Of a stretch of DNA of 64,000 bases, positions 27,206 to 39,750 are shown piece after piece (the first letter of the stretch is position 1; the number at the start of each line of letters is the position of its first letter). This stretch comes from Eledone cirrhosa (Eukaryota), in assembly GCA_964016885.1 (NCBI GenBank), contig OZ024742.1:100874001-100938000 (forward strand). Direction: 5' to 3'. The translations under genes were made by a program, and so were the position numbers. The notes beneath the pieces were generated by a model. That model was not told the origin of the DNA. It was given only the letters and a program-made list of their open reading frames with translations, and did not search any database.

Positions 27206-27747
27206 CACGTCCCTTTCATTATCACATTTTTATAATTTAGAAAATAATCAAAAGTTTAAAGTGATTTAGTAACATAACCAATTTCCTCAATATTAAGCTG
27301 GTGCTTGGAACAACAAAGTTTCTTACATAGAACCATGATGGAAAGTTGTTTTTAGATAAATATAAACACTTTAGCCCATTTGTTATGTCTTTCTCATGAA
27401 AATAAATATAAACAATTTATAACAAACAGTAGAAATCAGAAAACCAAGGATGGTTTCAAATGATTTGGTATCAAAATGGATAAAATCTTTCACTTTCATC
27501 TTCCTTCTTTTTTGACCACAAGACATTGTATATGAGTTGAAGGCACTGAACAGCTGGCTACATCATTGTCATGAGTTTAAATATTACATGAAATACAGTT
27601 TTGTGTCTATGCAAAACACAATACTCTATTTTGCCTTAGTCTATTATTTTGGGATTTTTTTCGTTTGCTGTTTAATCATGGAGTGGGTGGGAAGTGCCCT
27701 TATCCCTTTTCAGGACTCAGAGGAGGAAGGAAGAAAGGTATCTTTAA

Positions 27748-27977
27748 CCCATTTGTTGCATATTTCTAATGAAATATAGCGTATTTGAATTACTGAATGA
27801 AGAATTTGGAGAGATATACTAAAATTATTTATTATTTCATGAGTAAGATTGTATTTATAGCATAACTTAGCAAAAAATTCTTATATTAAATTATATAGGA
27901 AATAGGAACCCATTAAAATGAGTAGTTTTGTTTCATAGAACCAGGAGCAGTTTTGGTCAGGTTGGTATCAAAAGGGG
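27748..27977. mobile_element. piggyBac-like MITE (family B), degenerate
   Basis: TTAA|CCCATTTGTTGC ... GGTATCAAAAGGG. The same termini recur near 30,240, 35,815, 43,356, 50,045, 63,081-63,330 and 63,763. Confidence 0.65.
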
Positions 27978-28797
27978 TAAATCAAAGGCCTTGACTGAAT
28001 GCTTGCAATAGTGGGGTCTGCTAAACGCACCAAAGGGCCAGGTGTTGGTGTTAAACCAGGCAATGGATTAAGTCTACCACTCAAGTAGGCCATAGTAGGA
28101 TTTGAACTCAGAATCCAAAGAGCTGGAACAAATACTGCAAGGTATCTTGTCCAATGCTCTAAGAATTTTACCAATCCACCACCCCGGATTGGTAGTTTAT
28201 TTTATTGACTATAAAAGATGAAATTGACCTCAGCAGGATTTAAACTCAGAGTATAGAAAGCCAGAAAAAATACTATATAGCATTTTATTCTATACTGCAT
28301 GAAAGAAACAAGATTCTCCAACCACCACACTGCACTCTCTACAATACACCTCTTCATATCGGCTTGCACACTGTAGTGTTCAACGTGCTGAAATCCTGGT
28401 GTATCTGGACTAGGGCTACAAAACACCAATAGGTTGTACCTCTGTTCACTGTCTAGCGGTCGCTAGTGGGATGGTTCTTCAGAAATGCTAGAGTACTGAA
28501 CTAAATGATTTACAGTGTTTAGTTTACTCCTACATTCAATGAAGCTACGCAGGTTAGTGGTTAGGACATTAGGTTTATACTTGCAAGTTTGATTCCCAGA
28601 CCAGGCAGCCTCCATGGGTAACTGCTGGTCTTCCATAAAACACCTTGTTCAGGCTTGTATTCTGGAGACGTACTTTTCAAGTACAGACCTGTGGTCAGTC
28701 ATGATTGAAGGGGTCCTATATCTACATCATACATTTCACAGTCGACTGCTATAGAGATGTTACATACTAAATTATTTTTAACCTATTTACTTTACAG

Positions 28798-28981
28798 GGA
28801 TTCCTCAGTGTTGGCAGTACCATGTTACAGGAAAAACAAAAGAGAGGATGGGAAGAGATGCCTCCCATAGAACGTTCCAAAGTAGCTACAAACTTGGCTT
28901 ACACAATGAAGACGACAGCTTTTAAGATGGCTTCACTACTGACCATGCAATCTCAAATAGAGATTGGCACTGATAATATTG
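28798..28981 (+). CDS. Cirl: aGPCR exon: GAIN helices (GFLSVGSTMLQEKQKRGWEEMP...ATNL...TDNI)
   Basis: Acceptor tttacag, donor G|gtaaag, phase 0-1; GAIN-A pattern W..M.......AT.L. Confidence 0.9.
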
Positions 28982-29014
28982 GTAAAGACATTTTAACCCT
29001 TTCATTATCATATC

Positions 29015-29054
<40 letters not shown>

Positions 29055-29063
<9 letters not shown>

Positions 29064-29695
29064 TGTATTCCTGTCTGTTTGTTCACGAACTACTCCTATG
29101 GTTTTGGAGATAGACCCCCATAACCATATATATTCTGAAACTACATTGCCCAGGGTACTTGGATAAGTATATTTCATTTTAATCAAAGGGTTCCCTGGGG
29201 GAACAAACCCCGCTGAAAACCCCCACTGAAAGTTTTTTCCCTTCAATTTATATGAAGTTTAAACCATAGGTAAATGACAAGATATGCCTATTCACAAAAG
29301 TTCAGCAAATTTCAATAATATTAAGACACCCTAATGGGGGTTAAACCCCCTATTAGGGTTCCTCGGCGACACAAACCCCGGCTGAAAATGTTTTCCCTTC
29401 GATTTATAGGAAATTTAAACCATAGGTAAATGACAAGATATGAAGCCTATTCACAAAAGTTTTGAATTGATATTTTGAAAAAAATGACTTACAAGAAACA
29501 AAATAAGAATAAGATTTAATAATGTAATTTTGATTTGATATATTACAAAAAATAATGTTTTCCAATTACATTTTACATTGAGTAATATTGAAATGCAGAG
29601 CTTTTCTCCATAAATTATATCAGATTTAAAATCAATCATCATTTTCTTATTAAAAAAATGTGTGAAACGCAGCAAGGCGCGGGTAATTCGGCTAG
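29055..29695 (+). mobile_element. Non-autonomous Helitron-like element with an internal direct duplication
   Basis: Starts in (TA)n with ATAAAG...TGTCTGTTTGTT; ends in GC-rich CGCAGCAAGGCGCGGG followed by CTAG|T. ~29,190-29,310 is repeated at ~29,355-29,470. Confidence 0.65.
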
Positions 29696-29702
29696 TATAT
29701 AT

Positions 29703-30024
29703 AGATATAAATGTGAAGAGTTATGATCTTCCTAACAGCTTTATAGTGAAGAATATTGGCTAATGGAGCTAATGACACATTCAACAATATGTGTGTATTC
29801 CTTTTAAATTTGAAGACTTTTGGATGGATTTCAACCAGATTTGTCATTTCAAATATAATAAAGATAATCATGGGTATCTATATTTTGAAACAGTTCTTTT
29901 TATAAGAATGGAATTAGATGGGGGTGGGGTAGATAAAAGGTTTGTGGAATCAAAATTTTACAAAAAGAAATTCTACTAATGAGATGGATATAATGATCCA
30001 TGCAACACCAGGTAACTCAGCTAG
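29703..30024 (+). mobile_element. Second degenerate Helitron-like element directly downstream
   Basis: Ends CCATGCAACACCAGGTAACTCAG-CTAG|T, a decayed hairpin plus CTAG terminus. Confidence 0.45.
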
Positions 30025-30742
30025 TTTCTAATGAAATAAACTACATTTCTGTTTCAATTAATTTTGAAATAATCAAAGATTGGGGGCAATTTAATAAGAT
30101 AATAAAGTTTTTTATTAGTAAGTTGATATTTAGAACATTATGAATCAAAAATTTTGAAAATAAAATTATAATGAGTAAATATTTTAAGTGTGCAGTTTTG
30201 TATTATAATTCCAGAGCTGTCTCAGGCAGTTTGATATCAAAAGGGTTAAAATACACAATAATTCATCCAGTTCAGGAAATGAAGTGTTGTTGGTGTGTGT
30301 AACTGACTCTTATATACTAGTTTCATATAATTTCTCTCAACGTTTTTACTGAAACTCATAAAAATATGGAAAGAAAAATCAGTTTCAAGTTTAATCTTTT
30401 TTATTAAATATTTTTCATTTTTACTTATTAGTGATATACAATAAAATGCACCCAGTCCACTCTTTAAAGTGGGAATACTGGTGCCACAATAAAATGCACC
30501 TGGTCAACTCAGTAAAGGGATAGTGCTGGTGCCATGTTAAAATGCACCTAGCTCACACTGTAAAGTGCTAATGTTTATGGCACAATAAAATGCTCTCAGT
30601 ACACCCTGTAAGATGGTTAGCATTAGAAAGGGCATCCGACCATAGAAACCATGTTAAAAATGGAACATATGAGCAAGATGTAGTCCCCTGACTAGTCTAG
30701 TCTAGTTTCAGTACTTGTCAAGCATGAAAAATAGACATTTAA

Positions 30743-30941
30743 CCGTTTAGCATTTAAACTGACCGTATCTGGCCTGAATTCTCTCACCTCTTTCTGTTCA
30801 AACTGGCTGTAATCAGGTGCTCATACTTATGTTACGGTATTGTTCTCAAAATACATATCAGCATCACATAGATTCACTATTATATGAGCCTTTACTGTGA
30901 AAATACAATGGTAAATATAGAATAATATAAATACTAAAGGG
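30743..30941. mobile_element. piggyBac-like MITE family A, inverted relative to the 26,086 copy
   Basis: TTAA flanks, same 199-bp length, reverse-complement internal homology. Confidence 0.78.
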
Positions 30942-31220
30942 TTAAATAGCGATGCAGATCTAATTATATATTGAGTTTTGTTTCTAATGTTTGCACAATC
31001 AACTCTATGTATGTGTGTGTGCATGCATGTATATGTGTATGTATACCCGTCTAACCCATGCTAGCATGGAAGATGGACGTTAAACGATGATGATGATGAT
31101 GATATGTAGTTAAAAGGTAGAAACATAAGATATTATGTTACTTAATTATACATAAATTTATGACAAACTGTCTATGTATTGTAATGTTTGTAATATAATC
31201 CTTTCCTAATATTATTACAG

Positions 31221-31352
31221 ATCTAGAAATAAAAGTTGCAGAAGTGACACAACGTATGCAAGATGTGAGAATGCCTTCTGGTCAATATTTCCACCCTGTC
31301 GAAGACTACATGATTATACCTAAGGAAAATTTGATCAAATATTCTCATGGAG
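31221..31352 (+). CDS. Cirl: aGPCR exon: GAIN-B start (DLEIKVAEV...DYMIIPKENLIKYSHG)
   Basis: Acceptor ttacag, donor G|gtaact, phase 1-1. Confidence 0.88.
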
Positions 31353-31392
31353 GTAACTTTATTCTTTTTGTGTATATTTTAATTTTGTTTAC

Positions 31393-31559
31393 GCTTTCTC
31401 TGTCCCGCCCTCTCTCTTTCTCTGTTCCCCCCTCTCTCGTTCTCTGTTCCCCCCTCTCTCGTTCTCTGTTCCCCCCTCTCTCTTTCTCTGTTCCCCCCTC
31501 TCTCTTTCTCTGTTGTCCCCTCCTCTCGCTCTCTTGCCTTTTTCTGTCTCCCCCTCTCT
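31393..31559. repeat. CT-rich low-complexity minisatellite (CTCTGTTCCCCCCTCTC-like)
   Basis: Direct reading. Confidence 0.85.
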
Positions 31560-31873
31560 AGAATGTATTTAAGTGAGATACATACCCCCCCCCGGCCATC
31601 TGAGAGGTCAATAGCTCAGTTTGTCCTACCCTTGCTAGCAAAGAAAACAGACATTAAATAATTATTTAATGTCCATTTTCCATGTTATCAAAAATTGGAA
31701 GTGTCGTCACAGACTGGTCAGCATTCAAATGACAGTTTCATAGACTTTATTGACAAAAGTGCATATTTTCCATTATTAGAACCTGTATGTACATCTTGTC
31801 ATAGATAGATAGATAGATAAATAGATAGGTCCTCTCTGCCTGCTCACCATTTGTCTTTTCCCATGTTCTGCAG

Positions 31874-32241
31874 GTTTGTATCGTGCTGTCTATATGGTCT
31901 ACAAGAACCTGGATGAATTGTTCAACAATGAACTAGATGAAGACATGAAGGAAGCTAGCAAAAGCCAAGGAGCTGGTGATGGTGATGATGGTGCTGATGA
32001 TGATGATGTGGTGGACAAGAAAGAATCTGTCCATGTTGAAACCCATGTACAGAAACAGAAATTCAAGGAATCCCCTCAACTTGATCTCCAATTACAAGAG
32101 ACAGATAGCAACCAAGAAACAATAGAACCAGAAATACATGCCCCACAGAAAATCAACACCCGAATTTTGTCTGTCACCATTGACAACCGACAAAACACGC
32201 AGTTACAAAAGCCGGTGGTTTTTGTGCTGAAGCATCTCGTG
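31874..32241 (+). CDS. Cirl: aGPCR exon: GAIN-B with long acidic insertion (LYRAVYMVYKNL...INTRILSVTI...PVVFVLKHLV)
   Basis: Acceptor ctgcag, donor GTG|gtaagt, phase 1-0; YKNL and PV.F.L.H motifs. Confidence 0.92.
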
Positions 32242-32654
32242 GTAAGTGCTCGAGTAAAATAGTTTCAACATGAATCATAATACAATAGTCATTTGGTTGA
32301 TTTGGTCAAAACTGGATATTCCATCCACACTGACAGTATATATAGTATCTATTCTATACAAAGAGCCAGTTACACAGTGTGGTTCTATGACATCATTTCA
32401 TTTTCATTTTACATCCGCTTTTTCCTGCTTGCAAGGGTGGGATGGGAACTGATTCTGGCTTGATTTCTACAGCTGGATGCCCTTCCTAACACCAACCTCA
32501 TTTACAGTGAGTGCTGGGTGCTTTTTTTCCGTGGCGCCTACATGTCCACTTTACAATGTGGGCTGGGTGCTTTTTTTTGCCGTGGCACCTCCACGACCAC
32601 TTTACAGTGGCCTGATAGGGACCCCAGTCCCTATCATCTCATGTCTGCAGCTGA

Positions 32655-32782
32655 GTTAACTGGAGCAATGTGAAATAAAGTCTCTTGCTCAAGGAAACAA
32701 CACATCACCCGGTCTGAGAATTGAATTCACAACCTTTCGATTGCAAGGCCAATGCTCTAACCACTAAGCCATATGCCTCCAT
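32655..32782 (-). mobile_element. tRNA-derived SINE 5' part (same family as 44,900)
   Basis: Reverse complement begins GGAGGCATATGGCTTAGTGGTTAGAGC; shares TTTCACATTGCTCCAGT core. Confidence 0.7.
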
Positions 32783-33157
32783 ATAACACTCTATATAATT
32801 TGATACTATATATGCCTCAAATGGGACAAACCCGTCTAACTCATGCTAACATGGAAGATGGACGTAAATGATGATGATGATATACTAGCTCAAGTTCCTA
32901 AGTCACGCATTCAGACTCCCAGAAAATGAGCTTGTGTGCAAATACTTGCTGTTTGTCCAATGACATGATGTGGGGAAACCAGACTGGCCAAAAAGCACAT
33001 CCATGGTCTCCTAGATGACCAAGATCAGCTGGTAGGACCAAGTAGAGGAAAGTTTTAGCCATTGGTACTGCAACCATGAAAGAATGATGAGTAAAACATG
33101 TGTGCATTTGGGTATATAATAAGGATTCCACTATAGGTATGGGGAAATAAATTTGTG

Positions 33158-33411
33158 TGGTAGTAGTAGTAGTAGCAGCAATAGTGGCAGTAGCAGTAGT
33201 GGTAATAGTAGTAGTGGTAGCAGCAGCAGTAGTAGCGGTGGTGGTAGTAGTAGTAGCAGTGGTAGCAGCAGCAGTAGTAGCGGTAGTAGTAGTAGTTGTA
33301 GCGGTGGTAGTAGTAGCAGTGGTAGTAGCGGCAGTTGTAGTGACAGTAGTGGTAGTAGTAGTGGTGGTAGTAATAGTAGTAGTAGTAGTAATAGTAGCAA
33401 CAACAGCAGCA
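33158..33411. repeat. Imperfect (AGT/AGC/GGT)n trinucleotide tract, intronic
   Basis: Direct reading; accounts for the poly-Ser/Val/Leu ORFs. Confidence 0.92.
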
Positions 33412-33482
33412 AGACTTGTGTGTTATAATTTTTCTAAAGAATATTTTAAATATTTCTTAATTCTTCAATTTTTCTCTTCCAG

Positions 33483-33529
33483 GATCAAGACCCTCGGAAT
33501 GCAAAATGTGTATTTTGGAATTATACAGT
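33483..33529 (+). CDS. Cirl: aGPCR exon: GPS first half (DQDPRNAKCVFWNYT)
   Basis: Acceptor cttccag, donor gtaagt, 47 nt, phase 0-2; CVFW motif. Not in the ORF track in this frame. Confidence 0.92.
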
Positions 33530-33544
33530 GTAAGTTGATCTTTT

Positions 33545-33822
33545 GTGTGTGTATGAATGCATATATGTGTGTTAGTGTGTGTGTTTGGGTCAATAGGGGT
33601 ATTTATGAAACTGTTCTAGTGTCAGTGTATGTATTTATGTGTGTGTGCGTGTGTATGTATTGGTGTATGTATGTATTTGTGTGTATGTAGGTATTTGTGT
33701 GTGTGTGTATGTAAGTATATATTCATATGTGTGTGTGTATATATTTATCTATATGTGTGTGTGTATGTATATATGTAAATATATATATATATATATATAT
33801 ATGTGTATATATATATATATAT
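33545..33822. repeat. Compound (TG)n/(TA)n microsatellite
   Basis: Direct reading. Confidence 0.9.
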
Positions 33823-33829
33823 AACCTTA

Positions 33830-34040
33830 ACATTAATATCCCACACCATCAAATGACAATCCTCAGTTATCAAGGTCTGCACTATTTTAGCAACTACATT
33901 GCTACCATCTTTGAACCTGTTGTACCATTCTTTTGAGTAATATTGATGGCATTGCCACCAAAAGTATGTTGAAATTGTTTCTGCTTGAGTATCTCGAAGC
34001 TTTTGGCAAAACTTAACTCTTAATGTCCTGTACCACATGA
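33830..34040 (-). mobile_element. Decayed mariner transposase N-terminal (HTH) fragment
   Basis: VKFCQKLRDTQAET...EWYNRFKDG...VQTLITEDCHLMVWDI matches the mariner pattern IKFC.KLG.T..ET...EW..RFK.G...LI.ED.R.T..I. Confidence 0.7.
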
Positions 34041-34117
34041 AATCACATTAATAAGACATTCTTGAAAAGTATGAAATGGTATTATGGCTACATCACATTA
34101 AAAAGTATTTACTTTAA

Positions 34118-34307
34118 CCCTTTATCATTTACATTACTCTATATATATACTACTGTATTTTTGTGGTAAAGGCTTTATCTCACATAATATGAAATCTATG
34201 AGATTTTGATATTATTTATTTTGAGAACCATACCTTAACATCAGTATGAGCAACCAGTTACAGCTGGTTTGAACAGAAAGTGGTGAGAGAGTTTAAATGC
34301 TAAAGGG
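34118..34307. mobile_element. piggyBac-like MITE family A
   Basis: TTAA|CCCTTTATCATTTAC ... AAATGCTAAAGGG|TTAA. Confidence 0.78.
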
Positions 34308-34485
34308 TTAATTTATTGCAAATTTTCATCATTTGTTTAGTATTAAAAATACTATAAACATTTGAATTAACAAATCCATTTTAAGATATTTTCTGCTGAA
34401 TTATTACAGGATATTGAGAGTTAAAATACAGGTGTTAAGAGTTAATTCCCATAATGTTATAGATATTTCTGTTATCATTTGCTAG

Positions 34486-34612
34486 TCGAAACATGGATGG
34501 CCATTGGTCAAGAAAGGGGTGTCAACTTTTGTCCACCAACATGACCCACACAGCTTGTGAATGTAACCATTTGACCAGCTTTGCTGTACTTATGGACTTC
34601 ATTGGCACCAAG
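34486..34612 (+). CDS. Cirl: aGPCR exon: GPS cleavage site and Stachel (RNMDGHWSRKGC...CECNHL|TSFAVLMDFIGTK)
   Basis: Acceptor gctag, donor AAG|gtaaga, phase 2-0; canonical W...GC...C.C.HLT.FA.LM. Confidence 0.95.
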
Positions 34613-35310
34613 GTAAGATAACCAACTTTATTATTATAATGTACTGGGTGCATTTTCTCACAACACCAACACTCCCTATTTACAGAGTATACTGGATGCA
34701 TTTTATCATGGCATCAGTGCTAAAGAGGTTGTCATGTACTCAGCAAAACTGAAGAGTCTTCTCTACTTTCTATTATTCTTGAGAAAGGCATGATCACTCT
34801 TATTTTTCTCCTCTATAAACATGTAGCCTATTCTACATCATCAATTTTCAATCAACTGATTTTCTGGCCCTCTTTTTAATTCACACTCTTGTAATTCCTG
34901 TGACCCCTCAGACAGTTAACACTTTATCATATTTCTCTGGTTCAATAAAAAAAAAAAAGAAGCTTTTGGAGGGATTTACTAAAATTATTAATTATTTCAT
35001 TACTAAGATGGTATTTGAAGGATGGTGAATTAGAAGAATCATTAAAGTGTTGGAAAACATGTTTTATGAGATTTGCTCCAGCTTTCCACATTTTGAATTC
35101 AAATCTAACAAAAGTCAACTTTACCGTTCATCCTTACAAGGTTGATATAATCAACTTCCGTTCCCATCAAAATGCTGACCTTGTGCCTAAATTAAAAATC
35201 AATATTAAGTATGAACATTTTAAAATGGGTTGTTTTGTATTATAAAAACATATAAACATTTTAAAACGGACAGTTATAATAATAATAATGAAATTATTGT
35301 GTAAAGTGCT

Positions 35311-35700
35311 CGTCGTCAGAAGAAGGAAGATAAGTGTAAAAGCCAAACTCACTATCTTCAATTTGGTGTTTATGCCAGCCCTTACCTATGGTCAGGATTT
35401 GGTGGGTAATGACCTACAAAATACAATTGTAAATACAAGCTGCTGAACTGGGATTCCTCCGAAGGGTCTTTAGTATAGTGTTACCCGATAAGGTGCATAG
35501 CTCAGAGATCAGCGAATCACTACTTCTCCAAATTGAGAGATCACAGCTCTGATACTAGGGACATATGATTAGAATGTCTAAGGAAAGAATCATTGAACAG
35601 GTTTTACAAGCAAAGTTAACTGACAGGAAAACCAGAAGTAGACCACAAGCAAAATGGTTGGATAATATCCATGAGCTTGGTTAAACTCACTTGAGGCTCC
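35311..35700 (+). mobile_element. RTE-clade LINE C-terminal fragment (decayed)
   Basis: Conceptual translation across stops and frameshifts: ISVKAKLTIFNLVFMPALTYG/WVMT...IQAAELGFLRRV...DKVHSSEI...IERSQL*Y*GHMIRM...RP..KWLDNI. Confidence 0.8.
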
Positions 35701-36210
35701 AGCTGACAGTTGTTTCTGATAGGACCCTGCCCCCATGACCCTCCCAGGAATAAGTGTGCAAAGAAAAGGTTATGTGTCGTAGAACCAGCGGCAGTTTCAG
35801 GCAGGTTAGTATCAAAAGGGTTAATGGTAAACTTGATGCAATTCAACATTTTCACTTCTTGTGGAGTATAATTTATCTTTCATCTCTGTGGAGCTAATAA
35901 ATTGTCTATTGTACCTTATGAAACAGAATTAATATTGTTGCTGTTGTTTGTTGATCTGCTTTTGCTATGGTTGTTGTGATTGTTATTGTTGTTATAATTG
36001 CATTCAGTAGTAATAGTAGTTATTGTTGTTTGTTTTTATTGTTTATCAACATTATTTCCATCACCAATTACACCATCATCACCACCACCTTCCTATCATC
36101 AACACCCTCACCACCTCCCTATCATCATCATCACCACAACCATCTATATCACTACCACTACCACCTTTATCACCACTACGATAACAATATCCTTTTTTTT
36201 TTATTTCCAG

Positions 36211-36314
36211 CCTCCAGGTCCACATGTTGATGCCCTTTACATTATCACTTTCGTTGGCTGTATTCTCTCCATTATCGGCCTTTTCTGCTGTTTTGTAACG
36301 TTCAGCTACTTTAG
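36211..36314 (+). CDS. Cirl: aGPCR exon: TM1 (PPGPHVDALYIITFVGCILSIIGLFCCFVTFSYFR)
   Basis: Acceptor tttccag, donor AG|gtaagt, phase 0-2. Confidence 0.93.
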
Positions 36315-37019
36315 GTAAGTTTAATCACACAACCCTTCTGTTTGGAATGGCTTTTTACTTTATCAGTAGTGTTACCCCACCAAACCACCTACGTTAACCA
36401 CCACCACCACCACCACCACCACCACCTTGTCAGTTTTATCATTTTCACATACATCCGTCCCTCACCCTTCTCATCTCCTATCCTTTGCAACCATGCACAA
36501 AACAAAAAAAATTAAGACAAACATACTGTATGAAGAGGTCACCAACCTGTAAGCTCCATTAACATCAAAGCTTTTGTGCTACCATTGATACATGTGTATA
36601 TATATATATATTACACAATATTATATTGGTTAAAGAAGAAACAATTATATTGGTTAATGTCTAGTTTCTTACTTAAACAGAGAAATTTATTAGAAATTAG
36701 TCTTCAAATATGACTGATTAAATAGATTATCTTAAATAGATTTATGTTTAAATAGGAAACTAGACATTAACCAATATACTGTTGTATAATATTATTATTA
36801 TTATGATGTATGTGTTATATATTATACATCTTGTATTGACCAGGACTCTGAGTTTCGGCTTTGGTGGTTAATTCATCCAGTCATGAATACAAAGTGTATA
36901 ATAAATTTGACTCTATTACTAATATTGCCTTCCCCCACCTCCATCAATAAATGTTTGTTAATGATAATTGTATAAGTCAACAACCCTAACAAAAACACTT
37001 ACACACACACACCTATGTA

Positions 37020-37580
37020 TTAGGTTAGACAGAAAGTTCTCACTGTTTTTCATATTTTTTTTACTTTGGCATTTTTTAATGTTAGAAAAATTTTACAAAT
37101 CAGAATAATTGTCATCATTTGCGATTACTATCTGCCATAACTTAGGAAGGCACATCATTCCATCCCAGTATAATTATTTTGGCTTCAATGCAAAGAATTC
37201 CATCAGCCACTAATTTAACTGGTCTTCATTAGCATAGGTCAGAGGTTACACTGGCATTTGGTGGGAGTAGCTTGTATTGGATGACACTTTTCCAATCCCA
37301 CCAGACACTCAGTAGGGCCTTGCAAGGGTGGAAGCCAGCTTTTACTTGCCATCGTGGTGCACAGTCTTTATGAAGTCAGAAAGTAAACAACTTGAATAAA
37401 CAATTTGAATATATCCATGTTGCTTCCCCTTTGACAACATAACAGAAAATGAGAAATGTACATAATGCATACCAACATCACTTCTTATATCTGTGCACAT
37501 GCACAACCTTCAGCATTTCTAGAAAACTCTACCAAAATACTTCCTTTTGAAAAACGGTGGGAACTTTCTGTCCAACCCAA
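37020..37580 (-). mobile_element. Internally deleted mariner element with both TIRs
   Basis: TA|TTAGGTTAGACAGAAAGTTCTCACTGTTTTTCA ... TGAAAAACGGTGGGAACTTTCTGTCCAACCCAA|TA. Minus-strand remnant EFFALKPK*LYWDGMMCLPKLWQIVIANDDNY resembles a mariner C-terminus. Confidence 0.85.
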
Positions 37581-39449
37581 TATATAAATCTAATGATTTG
37601 TCGCACAGTAACACCTATGTAGGAGATTAGTCAACTAGATTTATCCAGAATATTACTATTTACATTATAGAAATATTTGAGGCAAAGCTATTAAGCAAAC
37701 ATTCACACACACAAACTATCTCATATACCAAAGAGAAGTATATTCCAGAACTAGAGCGACATAACTCATATATATATACCTTGTAGTGTACACTGCAAAT
37801 ACTGTATTTTCCAGAGTATAAAAAAACACTTCTTTACCCAAAATGCTGATGTCAAAATCTACTAGTCAAGCACCAAATAAAAATCTTAAATGCAACTATA
37901 ACTTATTTGCCTAAACATTTCTTATCAATATAAGTATTCACCAGTACATCTTATACCTTGAAAAGTATGATGGTTTATGTTGTAAATATTTAGCAAAAGA
38001 TTATGTAACAAATATAATATATAAAACAATATTATGAATAAATGAAAAGGTGAATTTACCTCATAGGTAAGAATATCATATCAAGTAGATAAGTTATTAA
38101 TTTTACATACACAAAAGCTATATATATATACATACCTACATACACACACACACACATGGAGGAGAGTTAAATGACTACTCTACTTACTAGCAATAGTCAT
38201 GTGATATGACTGGATCAGCCTTCATAAAGTATGGTGAGGTGTAAATATGGTCTTACAACAAGTTTGATAATCTAAATATATTTTTATTGATTTATTTCAT
38301 GTACTTATATGGAATTCCATAAACACAGACCTCATTTTTCCGGTATAAGTTGATACAACAGACTCTCTATATGTACATAAATTATTGGGCATGTAGCAGG
38401 GAAATTGTGTGTGTATGTGTGTATGTGCATATTTATTGGTATATTCACATTTACTAAGGTATATACAGAGGCATAACTAGGGTGTGGCAAACATAGCACA
38501 TGCTATGGGTGCCACTTGGACTAGGAGTACTTTCTATTAAAGTCAGATAATCTATCGTTGGAGAATGAAAAACGAAACTTGTTCAAATGTATGATCTGTC
38601 TTTGATTATCATGAGAAACATTAAATGATTTATATAAATTATTAGGCCCATGGGTAAAAATACAATGCTGAGAACTACATGATCACATGCATACCTCATA
38701 GTATGACTTGTCAAATATTTTAATAAGGTCTAATATTTGTCAAAGATCAGTTTTACACAGATTGATCCCTTTAAAATCATTAACACTTTTGCAAATACTT
38801 GACATATTCTTAAATGTTTGGGCAGGGATCCAATTTCATTGCTTGCATGGGAGCTGTTTTCCCTAGTTACACCTTTGGGTACATATTTCATCATCATCAT
38901 TTTTCATTTGTTTTCCATGCTGGCATGGGTTGGATGGGTTGCTGCATTCCAAGACTAGATGGATCTATGGACCATACTATGTCCATACATTCCCTTTTAA
39001 CATAATTTCAGTAGCTGGGTGATCATTATATCGCCAACTATTTTCAAGGGTGTAATTGGTGCATTTTATTTTAGCACCAGCACTAACACTTTACAGAGTG
39101 TACTCTATTTAAAATTGAATATATAGTATTTGTGATGGGGAAAGAGATTGAAAGAGGAGATAGTATCAATATGAGTGAAAGAAGAAATAAAGTTATAGAA
39201 TGGTAGGGCACAGAAGAATGGTAGGGCACAGAGAGAGAGACAGTGGTAGCTACATGCTGGTTGTTAGAAGTGGGTTGGAGGTTTAAAAGAAAACAGCATG
39301 AGCAATGTGATGTGATAGCAATGTGGGTATATATACACCTGTTAATGCCGTAACAAGTATTTATATCCAGGCTGATTAAACAGTATTGTATGTCAGGGAG
39401 AAAAGTAGCATATCTGATTGCATTTTACTAGTATCTATATATATGTATA

Positions 39450-39750
39450 AGGTATATGGCTTAGTGTTTAGTGCATTAGGTTTGCAATAATGGAGTTTGC
39501 AAGACACTTTATTTCCTGTTGCTCCAGTTTACTCAGCTGTAGAAATGAGTTGCGATGTCAGTGGTGCCAAGCTGTATCAGTAATTGCCTTTCCCTTGGAC
39601 AACATTGGTGGCGTGGAGAAGGGAGACTGGTATGCATGGGCGACTGCTGGTCTTCCACAAAAAACCTTGCTCAGACTTGTTCCTTGGAGGGGAACTTTCT
39701 TGGTGCAAACCCCATAGTCATTTGTGACCAAATGGGGTGTCTTTACCCTT
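39450..39750 (+). mobile_element. tRNA-derived SINE; related copies at ~28,545-28,715 (+), ~59,590-59,930 (-), ~60,125-60,455 (-)
   Basis: TGGCTTAGTG box-A-like head, ACTCAGCTGTAGAAATGAG core, shared 3' part. Confidence 0.7.

Noticed and set aside
33131-33690. Poly-Ser, poly-Val and poly-Leu ORFs as proteins
   Set aside because: They are translations of a trinucleotide tract. The true exon (33,483-33,529) is in a different frame and splices cleanly without them.
35967-36210. His-rich or extended N-terminal ORF before the TM1 exon
   Set aside because: Low-complexity (CAT/CAC)n intron sequence upstream of a clear acceptor at 36,210.
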